Positions 47,204 to 57,600 of a DNA stretch of 64,000 nucleotides are shown here, piece by piece (within the stretch, counting starts at the first letter, position 1; the number at the start of each line of letters is the position of its first letter). The position numbers and the translations under genes were made by a program. The stretch is from Cyanophora paradoxa CCMP329 (lineage: Eukaryota > Plantae > Glaucophyta). The stretch covers positions 80,562 to 144,561 of the forward strand of contig QPMI01000648.1 in NCBI GenBank assembly GCA_004431415.1. The letters run 5' to 3'. The notes beneath the pieces are model-generated. The model did no database searches and had not been told where the DNA came from. It saw only the letters and a list, made by a program, of their open reading frames with translations.

Positions 47204-49796
47204 CTAAACTTCAACATCAGAATCATAATCTGATGCATCAGGATCAGCAGCAGGTAGGTCCTGTTTCATCCTTGGATTAGCTTCTTCCTCAATAGTCTCA
47301 TCATCTACAAGCTTCATCTTTCTGAATTCCTCAAATACTTGTGGGAATAGGAAATGATAGTATTGTTTGCCATTTGTAGTTTTCACTTGGATATATGTAA
47401 CACTTCTCATTTCAGTATAATATCGGCGACTATTATAATCGTTTTTATATTTATTGCTGGTAATGAACTCCTGGAACCATTTCCAGGTTTCCACAAGGCT
47501 ACCAGACTTGCATTTATTCTCGGAAATTAAGCCTCGATCCACAAGCCACTTAGTGAACATAAGGATGATTGGAGCGCACACCTGCTGGGCTAAATAGTAT
47601 TTATTTGTAAGGGGTCTATCAGCAATCCAGTTCACATCCTCACATTCAACTTTGGTTCTCAAATAGTGGGCAATGTTTCGAATATTGCAGTGATCATTAA
47701 GCCATTTTACAAGTGGAAGGAAGTATGACCTATCCTTTGCGAATTTCTTACTAACTTCAACAACCACAAATCGCCTATCTCCAGCTTCAATTTTAACTGG
47801 AATGTTGTTATTGCTGGTGAATATAATCCTGGCAAAGTTGCTTTTTGTGTATGAATCTATCCCTTTGTGTTCAATAACAATCTTATCAGAAGTAATGAGA
47901 TCTTTAAGCATATCATTATTTTCGAATGTGTCCTTGCCTGAGGCTTCATTCACAACAATCAAGATCTTATCCTCTCTATTGTGGGCAAATCGACCAAACA
48001 GATCCTCTTTTGGCTTACCAGTTGCATAACTCAGGGCATCTCCAAGTATCTTCTTTTGGAAAGTATCAACCAACACATTCTTACCAGTTCCCTGTTCACC
48101 AATGAAGATTAAGGATACTCCATTGAGTTCCCCAGGCTTTTGCAGCATGTGGGCAAACCATTTCAACAGATATTCATAGGTATTTTGATCCTCACCAGAC
48201 ATTAAGAACAAGTGATCAAGGAAAGGCTTAATCATCTCAGCAGTTACATCCTCTGGAGCATTTTCGAATTGCTGATGGTCGACCTTCATTCCTGGATAGA
48301 GATTAAATACAGACTTGCATTTTGCACTGAGAGTAGCAGGAGGTGGGAGGAAATCCATGTAAGTTGATCTTGTGGCTGTTGGATCCACAATCCATTTCCT
48401 AAATGATTGCTCCCATTTCTCTTTCTCATTATCTGTCCCTCATTCACAATCACCTTATGCATCAAGTGGGGGAAATGCTTTGTAGACAGTTTTCCAATGT
48501 CTTTGGGCATCCAGCAAAGTAGTTGTTCATCCCAGAGCATCACACAACCAACATTTTCAACATGATGCATGCGAGCATTGAAATACCTCTTATGCACATT
48601 GTAATGTTCAGCCAAAGGAGGGATACTTGCAGTCTTGTAATCGATTTCATCTGTGTCCTCTGGTAGGAATGCATACTTTTTGGGGAAGAGTTCCTTGAAA
48701 AGCTCATTGTTATCTTTGCTCAACCAATAAACCAAGGATTTGAAGGTCAACACTTTGCCAGGCTCAGCCTTCTTCTTGCTTCTGCGAAGCTGTGTAAACT
48801 TTTCCTGGCATTCATCATAATCATACTTGTCACTCTGTTCTGAGAATTGGTGGAAGAGTTCAGCCTGCATTTTAGGGTAAATTTGTTGTCTTCCCCAACA
48901 TTGATGATGACCAGTCCAACATCAATCCAAGTCTTATACTCGCTGGCTCTTTCAGCATTGAGACCCATTATAACACTTTGTAGCAGTTCGAAAGTAACAG
49001 GATTTTCGGGTTCAGTGTCTTTTTCAGCTTCTACCTTCTCAGTCTTCACTTTATCACTTTTTGGCTCCTTTTTAACTGGTTTTGGCTCAGGAGTATAATT
49101 TGCAAATGCAGAAATATTTGATTCATCCACAAGTTTAGTAGTAGCTGAGAAGTAAGATACAAAGAAGTCCTCATTTCGCATTAACACTTTGTCACAGTCA
49201 ACGAATTTCTTAAAGCAAACGTTTTTATCAACATCTTTTTTCGACTTATTTTGAGCATCCAGAGTCTCACCTTTGCAGCAATTGAGGCAGATTAGGTTCT
49301 GTGTGGAGCTGTAAACTCCACTGTCATAATCCTCATTTTTCACCAATCCCATCGCTTTGAAAAGCTTGGGGATATCTTCATGTTTGCATGCAAGCGATTT
49401 AATAATAAAGTGGGCTGAAATCTTGAACTTGGTGACATCCTCCTTAATCAAATAAACCCTTCTATGGCGAACTGCAACAGCAATATCGTTAATAGAAGTG
49501 GTACCAGATCGCTTCCATAGCTTATCTCTCATCTCTCTTACAACAGTTTCCGCCTCAGCATAGTTATCAGCAATGTTCTCCTTCAAATCAGCGAATTTAT
49601 CCAGGTCCAGGTAAACTCTGGTCACTTGCTCAGGTTGAATGCATTCAGCCCAGGTCTTAACCTTGCTATTATCAATGGCTTCAAGGGCATCTTCGGCAGA
49701 ATCAAATACATGGGTGACCTTGTTGCGATCACCAATGAGAGTACTAAGGAATGTAGCATTTTCAACAGGGGTGGCGAATTTCTCGATTTTGTTCAT
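47204..49796 (-). CDS. AEP primase-PriCT2-SF3 (D5-like) helicase, split by two frameshifts
   Basis: AEP motifs YLDLD, ISAH, DSGVY; PriCT-2 ASEYKTWIDVG..FSEQSDKY..TFKSLVYW; Walker A GEQGTGKN, VVNE, FTSNN, DRRF. Confidence 0.9.
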
Positions 49797-50013
49797 TTTC
49801 GATTTTGGGGACTTCTACCTTTAACGAAGAAAATAATTTCGGAAGGAGGAATTGTCTTTTATATATATCCTATTATTTGCCAAGTCCTTAAGTAGTTTTG
49901 GGTCGGGATACTGTCTCGATATATAGGTACAGTTTTAAAAAAGAGGGAAGAAAGCTGTCATTTTTTTGCCTCCGATCAAATCGATTTCTACAAAATTTGT
50001 TTCGATCGAGAAT

Positions 50014-50340
50014 TTATTCTTCGATATATTTCCGAGGTCTTCCAACCGGTTTATGCTCTTTGGGTTTCTTGGGCTGTTCATCTTTCTTCTTGTGGTAATA
50101 TTCCAGCGCTTTTGCCTTTTTTTGCTCGCGATATTCTTCATTTTCCCTGTATTTCCTCTGGTGTCTGAGGGCAATCTTTTTGAGTTCTTCTGGTGTGTGA
50201 ACTGTAGCGGCTCCTTGGGATAATCGTTCCTGCTTCTTTTTATGATAGGCTTCGCGTTTTCTTTGGGCATCTTGCTCCCTTTTCAGTCTCAGCTTCTCTG
50301 CTTTTTCATCATCTGTGAGTATCTTGCGGATATTCGGCAT
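50014..50340 (-). CDS. Small basic protein with C-terminal AT-hook-like GRPRK
   Basis: 108-aa Lys/Arg-rich ORF; paralog of 50493-50738. Confidence 0.75.
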   Translation of the reverse strand: MPNIRKILTDDEKAEKLRLKREQDAQRKREAYHKKKQERLSQGAATVHTPEELKKIALRHQRKYRENEEYREQKKAKALEYYHKKKDEQPKKPKEHKPVGRPRKYIEE

Positions 50341-50492
50341 TTCTCTTTAATAGTAGATACGAAAATAATTTTTCCTCAATACAATCTATCTACTTTTTCC
50401 TTAAGTCATTTTTTGTTGCGAACACCAGTTCCTGTCTGTAAACTTTTATAGCTGCCTCAGTGGCATACTGAGACCGCTTTTTCTCAATTATC

Positions 50493-50738
50493 TTATAGAC
50501 CTGGGGGTCCATTGCTACTTTCAGTAGGCAAATAATATTTAATTGGTCTACCTCTGGGTCTCTGCTCCTCTTTTTGGGCTTTTCTGCGATAATAGGATGC
50601 CAGGGCTTGCTGCTTTTTATACTCTCTATATGCTGGGTCCTCTCTATATCGTTTCTGCATTGCTAGAATGTGTCTTATAGAACCCTCAGTAACAGGTTCA
50701 TCACTGGTAAACTCGATTAAACTAATAGTATCCTCCAT
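50493..50738 (-). CDS. Small basic protein with AT-hook-like RPRGRP
   Basis: 81 aa; shares a YRE..YRE.KK..AL..Y..K motif with the neighbouring ORF. Confidence 0.7.
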   Translation of the reverse strand: MEDTISLIEFTSDEPVTEGSIRHILAMQKRYREDPAYREYKKQQALASYYRRKAQKEEQRPRGRPIKYYLPTESSNGPPGL

Positions 50739-50994
50739 TTATATTCCCAGAGAAAACGTTTTCTGCTGGCAGAGAACTTCTCCTTGGATACTCCTGTTGC
50801 TCATATGTATACTCTGTGGGGTCTGCTGGCATTGACTCCACAGAAACTGTTGATCTCCTTCTCTCTCTTGCTTCTGAGGCATTATCCTCAGTATCTGACA
50901 TCTCAAACTCTATTGTTGTGTCACAGCATCCACTGTGGCAATTGCTCACCACATGCAGACTGAGCATCTCAATAAACTTTCGTATTATATCCAT
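50722..50994 (-). CDS. Hypothetical viral protein, 90 aa (CHSGCC motif)
   Basis: ATG preceded by the shared upstream motif; fits the tight gene packing. Confidence 0.6.
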   Translation of the reverse strand: MDIIRKFIEMLSLHVVSNCHSGCCDTTIEFEMSDTEDNASEARERRRSTVSVESMPADPTEYTYEQQEYPRRSSLPAENVFSGNINGGYY

Positions 50995-51016
50995 GTCTCT
51001 AATAAAACAGAGAAAA

Positions 51017-51751
51017 TTAAAGCCAAACTCGTCTTTTATATACTGTTGGGGCTACTCCCTTTTCTACTTCAGCTTTGGTGGCACCAGGTTCAATAGTTCC
51101 CTTCTGGGTCTTTGTTTTCATTTCATCTACTGCCTGCTCATCGATTTGGTTCTCTTTCTTAGCAATAAACTGTTTATCTGGGACACCAGTAATTCCCATT
51201 TTATAAACTTCCTTTCGAAGCATCTCCTTGAGCTTGGCTCTCTCTTTCTTCTCAGTAACATACTGCTCCAAGGCACTTGATTTAGCTTCCAAGTCTTTGA
51301 GTTTAGCAGTCATCTCATCCCATTGAGCCTTGGGAATTCGATGTATATTTTGAGTGGGAGCAGTTTTATATGTGACTTCACCAGCCATAGACTGGATTAC
51401 CTTGTCTGATTCCTTACTAAGACCTTCACCTTTGCGAGCCAGTGAAAGATCTTGCAAGCCTAGACCTTTATCATCAGCAGCACCAATAATTCGCCTGGCA
51501 CCCTCAGCAACAGCTTTCATTTTTGAGGCTTCAGGTGAGATGTTGAGTTGGTCACTGGTTGAAGCCTGTGGGGCTTTGTCATCGACTGATTCCTCATAGG
51601 CAGCATTAAGAGGGTCCTCTTCTTGCTGTGAGGGCTTCACCTCATTCATACCATTGAATTTCATTGGTTCAGTATTAATGGATCCATTGTTTCCACCACC
51701 TGAATAGCCAACAGCCCCAGCTGGGATCCCTATCTTTCGTTTGGGAGGCAT
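51017..51751 (-). CDS. Hypothetical viral protein, 244 aa (MPPKRK N-terminus, coiled coil)
   Basis: Long intact ORF, upstream motif, NLS-like N-terminus. Confidence 0.75.
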   Translation of the reverse strand: MPPKRKIGIPAGAVGYSGGGNNGSINTEPMKFNGMNEVKPSQQEEDPLNAAYEESVDDKAPQASTSDQLNISPEASKMKAVAEGARRIIGAADDKGLGLQDLSLARKGEGLSKESDKVIQSMAGEVTYKTAPTQNIHRIPKAQWDEMTAKLKDLEAKSSALEQYVTEKKERAKLKEMLRKEVYKMGITGVPDKQFIAKKENQIDEQAVDEMKTKTQKGTIEPGATKAEVEKGVAPTVYKRRVWL

Positions 51752-51779
51752 TGTATCTTTATTAGAATGAGAGATAATT

Positions 51780-52562
51780 TTATAAACCGCGTTTATATCG
51801 CATCAATTTATTGCTATGGACTTGGCTTTTCACTTCTTTAGGGGCTTCCTCTTTCTCTGGAGGTTTCAGTTCATCTTCTTTCTTTTTTGGCTTTCTGTGG
51901 AAGCGAGGAAATGGGAAATCTTTCACAAGCTCAGCTTTATCTACATAGTATTTAACTGAGTAGTTTGCAGAGGACCAAATAATATACTGATAGGAGTGAA
52001 CATACTCTTCAAACATCTTGTAAAAATCCTCTTTATTTCGCATTATATTGTATTCTTCCTCTATGGCTTCAAGTTCTTTGCGATTTGCAGCACTTAGAAA
52101 CATTGCATAGTCCGAATTAACTCGAATAGTCGAAGAGACTTTCCTTAGCTTTTGTGTGATGCAGATAATGGATATTTTCGAATGGCGACCTCTGGAATAC
52201 AGAGAGCCAATAATTTTATCACGAGTTAGGTCTACAATCTCATTATCTATAAGATCATCTAAAACTACACATAACTGGTTAACAGGTTGACCTTTTTCTA
52301 TTTTCTCTTGCCTTTCATCTAGCAATTTAGCAATGTAAGGGGCATCCCATTTTCCCAGTTGCAATGTTGCAACTTTATCCCAGAAATGATTGAAGCTGGT
52401 TCCACTCACAACTAATACAACATCAATCTTTTTGGCATCATGCAACTGCTTCAACCAATACTTCACAGCTTCTGATTTACCAGTTGCTGATTTTCCTATT
52501 GCCAGTACACGAAATGGTGGCTCTATCATTTCACCAGCCACAAATTCATCCAAATCAGTCAT
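51780..52562 (-). CDS. A32/FtsK-like genome packaging ATPase
   Basis: GKSATGKS, VVLDD, RGRHSKISIICITQ, IRVN. Confidence 0.93.
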   Translation of the reverse strand: MTDLDEFVAGEMIEPPFRVLAIGKSATGKSEAVKYWLKQLHDAKKIDVVLVVSGTSFNHFWDKVATLQLGKWDAPYIAKLLDERQEKIEKGQPVNQLCVVLDDLIDNEIVDLTRDKIIGSLYSRGRHSKISIICITQKLRKVSSTIRVNSDYAMFLSAANRKELEAIEEEYNIMRNKEDFYKMFEEYVHSYQYIIWSSANYSVKYYVDKAELVKDFPFPRFHRKPKKKEDELKPPEKEEAPKEVKSQVHSNKLMRYKRGL

Positions 52563-52626
52563 TGTTGTATATCTTTCTTAATAAAGACATATAAAATAAT
52601 GCAGGGAGACTGAATATCGTCACAAT

Positions 52627-53996
52627 CTACAAATTTATACGACGAAGCCCATCTTTGTCCAAAATTATATAGGAATGCATGAGAGCGCGAACATTAACAT
52701 CGATTACCTTATCTGAAGGCATGTACAGGGTGAGGAATGAAGAGGAGGAATTTGTTAAATCAACATAACCAGACTGGGCAATATTTCGAATTGCCTTCTC
52801 TCCATCAATGCAGAAACTTAAACCTGAAAGGACATAGCGATCAGCAACCTTATCCATGTTAGAGCATTTGAAGGCATCAGCAATTAGCTCAGCACCTTTG
52901 AGTAGGGAAATTGGCTCAGTGGCATAAAGTCGCTGTCCATTAATTTCAACAGTGAAAGTAATATCTTTGGAGTTGGCATAGGTCTTAAGAACACTGTGGG
53001 AGCCAGTGGATTTATCAACAGTTGCATTATCACGAACTGAAACAAGCAGAGCATAAACAAGACCTGAGATTTGAGAGAGGTTAATTCGATTGGGTTGGGC
53101 ATTGCCCTTGGCAGGGAAAGCACTAGCATCTACAAATCCAATATCAAGGGAGGGAATAGCCATGCCAGTAGTCTTTACTTTTTCAATTACAGTAGCGAAA
53201 AGCTCATCAGAAACATTAATAGCATGCATGTAAAGGCGAGGAGAAGTAATAGAAATGACAGGGTTGTTGCACCAAGAGTAAAGTCTGTGATGTTTTGACC
53301 AACATTTGCCAGAACAGTTTCAGCAGGGGCAGTTCCAAGACCGTCATCTTTTGAATAATCTACATCATCTGCTGCAACAGTAAGACCACGACCACCATAG
53401 GAAGTTTCAACATAACCCTTTCCAGCATCCTTAAACCAAACAGTAACAACCATTTCACCAGATAAAGCACCAAGGGGAAGGTAGTGATTTAGCCAAGGCA
53501 CAGGAATTTCAACGAAAAATGAGCCACCAAGGCGGTTGGTTCCATGAGCAGGGATGCCATGAACCATGCCCATTGATCGTTTCTTTTTAGCTAGTTGATC
53601 CTCCGAATAATAGACCAGGGGGAAATGAGCAAGGAAATCAGATGGAATATGGTAGGTGTAAGATCCATAGGTAATTTCAAGTCGCTGAACTAAAGCACCA
53701 ACTGGGCGAGTGTATCCATTGCGAACTAGATCAGTATCACCAGCAAAAGTGATGGCTGGAAGGTCGAAAGCAAGTTCGAGTTTTCCACAGAAATTGTAGC
53801 GAGGTAGCTTGAAGGAAATGCGATTTCCAACATTATTCTCAAAAGTATTGCTGGGATTCACAACAACTAGAACTGGCTTAGACTTGGATTCGAGACCAAG
53901 CATAAGGGAGTTATCCAGGAAAAAGGCTTTCGCCTCCTCTGGGGTTGTTAGGGCTTCTTTCAGCGAAAGTCTTTGAAGAGTGGAAGTGATATCCAT
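52627..53996 (-). CDS. Double jelly-roll major capsid protein (one frameshift near 53240)
   Basis: ISFKLPR..LELAFDLP..LVQRLEITYG..EIPVPW..LPLGAL..VTVWFK resembles the NCLDV/PLV major capsid N-terminal jelly roll; about 450 aa combined; adjacent to the ATPase and pentons. Confidence 0.75.
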
Positions 53997-54049
53997 TATA
54001 TTCTCTTTTATTATACTGCAACATAAAAAATCTACCAATGATCCTTAAT

Positions 54050-55058
54050 TTATGCGAAGCTTGTAATAACTGGATAGGAAGGGTGAAGCTGCGACATTCT
54101 CATCTTAAAGTATTCATAAACTGGGTCTCCTGCTGGCTCATCACCATAGCGAATTTCAAAGGTCAGATGAACAGGTTGACCCTCAAAATCAATTGGTTCA
54201 TTTACAGCATTAACAATATCAACCGAGAAAGTGGATAATCCAACCTTTTTGTTATAGTATTTATAAAGTGGATGAGCCTCTGTTGAATTGTAAACAACAT
54301 GCTCACCATAATCTTTGTCAGGAACCACTATTTTATGAAAGTAACCAGTCAGAAGACCATCCCCACATTGAACCAGATCACCCAGCTCCTTTACTCTCAC
54401 AAACAAAACACTGTCCCTGGTCTTCTCAGGCTCAAAAGAAGATATAATGCCATTCACTCGACCATCAGTAAAGATTCCATCAGTGAGAGCATCATAAACT
54501 TGGGATTTGATTGGGGAATTCCCATATCTTCCAGGATCAAGACCAAGCAGTCTAGCTGAACTCAATAGCTTTTGGATTGTTTGTTGGCTTGGTTTACAGC
54601 AAGTGAGAAAGCCAGGTAAAAAGGCACTGCCGAGTGGAATATAATTCGTTTCAGTGACTCATCCCATTTGCAGCGAATGGATGGTTGGGGAGTTCTGCCA
54701 ATGAATTTTGAGTTGATTACATTCACCAGCTGTTGGTGGCTTTGGATGGGGGTCTCGCGATTTACCATGAATTGTTTCCATTGTTCAAAATCAGCAGCTG
54801 GGCGAGTTGTTGGAATTCCTGAGCTTCCAGCTCCTGGAGTTTGTTCCGAATAATAAATACTAAATGTGTTATCAACTGTGACATCTCCTGCTTTGGTTTC
54901 ACCACTCACCATAGGGATGCTGTTATAAAATTCGGCTGAGACCAGTCTCACAGCCCTCACATTCTCATAACTACTGGGAGTCTAGCCACAAAGCTTGATG
55001 TGGGACCATCACCAGAGATTGTATTAAATGAGCTAACCTCGATGTAATCCACAGGCAT
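54050..55058 (-). CDS. Minor capsid/penton-like protein 1 (frameshifted)
   Basis: YENVRAVRLVSAEFYNS at the N-terminus and LSTFSVDIVNAVNEPIDFEGQPVHLTFEI at the C-terminus; ATG at 55058. Confidence 0.7.
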
Positions 55059-55087
55059 TCTTCTTTTATCTATATTTATATATTAAA

Positions 55088-56018
55088 ATGAACCGGCTCG
55101 TTAATATTGATAGCAGGGATAGAAGCCAAGGACAAAATGAAAACTCTTACAGGGTCACCCTCACAACTCCAGTAGAGAGACCAAGGGAATGCAGGGTTCT
55201 ATATGCAGAGATTCCAAACAGCATCTATAACAGTGTGGGAACTGATCATCTAACAGTTCAGTTTAATTACCAAGATGGTTCATATAACCAAGTGATCACA
55301 CAACAAGTGTATCCCCTTCCCAGTGGCTACATCAATCAGGGTCATTTTGGGGTAACACACCCTTATAATTATGGGCTGAACTATTCAAGCTTCCAAACCA
55401 TTGCAGGCAAAACAGTAGCTTTTGAGTTCAAGATATTCTATAACCCAACTACCTATAAAGTGGAGTTTTACAGCAACCATGAGTTTCGTTTTATTGCAAG
55501 CAACCAGAGAATAGGGAAGCTTTTGGGTGTGAGTTCTACTGAATACACCAATGGGTATTATAGCACTCCTCCTGTTGGTGGATCACCCTATCGACCTGAG
55601 AACCTGTTAAAGTATGATGGCAAACCTATTACACCTGATCACCCAGCATGGGGAACCACCTTTTCAGGACCCAGACTCTCATCTAAGCCCTTGCAATATT
55701 ATTTTGACAGCAGAAAGATGTCTGATATGAATGCTGAGCAGTATCTATACATGCACATTAAAGAGCTTGCCCCTTTGCCAGCAGACACAATATAATTCCG
55801 AAATCGCAACCACATAACCAGGGGCAATCCTTAGATTGCAATTGAGTAAGGATATAGGTGGCTATGTTTACCATAGTGGTGAACATGCAGAATTCATTCA
55901 GATAAATGACAGAAACCTGGTGATAAGGGAACTCACAGTTGAGTTTAAAGATTACTTTGGTGAACTGATTGATATGAATGGAATCGATAATTCTTTTCAG
56001 TTGGAGTTTATCGAATAA
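55088..56018 (+). CDS. Minor capsid/penton-like protein 2 (frameshifted)
   Basis: VNIDSRDR..YAEIPNSIYN..YLYMHIKEL..IRELTVEFKDYFGELIDMNGIDNSFQLEF. Confidence 0.75.
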
Positions 56019-57557
56019 AGGCACCTGTAAAGTCAACTCTCATTGTGGAGCATTCACATACACAAGGGATAAATGCGAATATATTTAATTCTGAGAGAAA
56101 ACCTATGTAAAAAGCATCCTTGATGCTGAGAGGAAATCCACTCAATAGAGCCACATCACCTGAGTTGTGAGCATTGTTAATGTTCTCACAGACATATATT
56201 TTGTTTTGCCCATCTGATCGAATAAAAGACCAGTTGATCCCATCAGTGGATGTTGCCACATTGAAAGTCTTAATAAAAGCATTGGTGTCCCCTGAACCAT
56301 AGGCAATAACAGAGGAGAGTTCGAAAGTATATGGAAAGCAACTTGAAGGTATTCAGTGGGGTTTCCCATATCTGCTCAGGAGCATAGGCTCCAGCTTCCC
56401 AGCCAAATGCTGAAGGTCTAGCCATGAAAGGCTCTTTACCTGTCACAGAGGATGAGGCAGTGAAGGCATCATCTGCAAGCTGATACCAATTTGCATCCAA
56501 AGGAGGTGATGTAGTGAGAGTGGATGAGATGTAAGCCTTTGTAGGGTTCTTTAATTCATAGTTTGCTACTAGAATGCTGCAAAGCTTATTAATCATATCA
56601 TTGTTTGCTGCTATGTATGTTTCAGTGAATGCTAGCATATCTGGGATCTTAGAAGTGTCATCAAGGGAGCTTACTATGTGATTTGGAAGTGGGACTGATA
56701 GCCTATAGTATCTACCATAATCTTGATCATAGTTGTAGGGTAACAACTCCTCCATCTTATCAAGGGCAGAAAGCTCACTTGCAGCCATGAGCATGTTAAT
56801 CAATGGGCTTCCATCTGTTGAGGCAATCCATGAGAGAATTCCCCAGCTGTTCACAGTCTCATAAGCATAACCCACATAATCAGACTCTAAATGTGGGTCC
56901 ACCTCACCACAAGAGATACTTATTACTATTATATCATCATCATCACTGTAAATCTTCTTTGCATGGCTGTAACCACACACACTGGGATTATTGTTTCCCG
57001 AAATGGCACCATCAATGAGACAGACAAATACTCCCGATTGAAATCAACAATGCTTACAGGAGAGAAATATGTAGGAGCAGCAGAAGTAGCCCTAGCAGCA
57101 ATCTTACAAGGCATAAAGTTGTAGTTGTTGTCATTTGTGATAAATATTGGTTTCATATTCTGAGTATCAAAGGATGTAATCACAATGTCCTTTAGGGAAT
57201 CCTGTATTAGTGATTCACCAGTAACTGAATTAATTGCAGTCTCCAAGGGTCCCACATCATATTTTGTATTAAAAAGGGCATTTTCGATGATATTTCGAGG
57301 ATTTGCGAAAATCAAGGGCAGTTGAGTTAGGTAAATATTGTGTAAATCGTTTGCTGTCAGTTTAGGTTCACCTGGTTTATCAGGATGCCTGATATTCAAA
57401 CCTATTGCAATGATCCCACCAGTGGAAGTTCCACTTACAAGATCCACAAGATCGATTACTCTTCTGCCAGTTCGATTTTCGATTTCTTTTAGCAGCCTGG
57501 TTATGATAATGCCCCTTGCACCCCGCCAGAAAGACTTAAAACGACCTTGAGAGGCAT
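56008..57557 (-). CDS. Patatin-like phospholipase fused to a C-terminal F5/8 type C (discoidin)-like domain (frameshifted)
   Basis: LSLSGG(G)ARG, GTSTG, ATSAAPTYF, LIDGAISGNNP; tail FTASS..P..AR..GWEA..Q.W, VATSTDGINW, IP..MRVDFTG. Confidence 0.8.
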
Positions 57558-57600
57558 CTTTTACTTATCAGGAATTTTATAAATCCATATAGTAAAAGCC

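Noticed and set aside
44300-53250. Programmed ribosomal frameshifting in pPolB, primase or MCP
   Set aside because: The breaks are numerous and scattered, and the one resolved in pPolB is a single-base loss in a homopolymer. Sequence error or decay is the simpler explanation.
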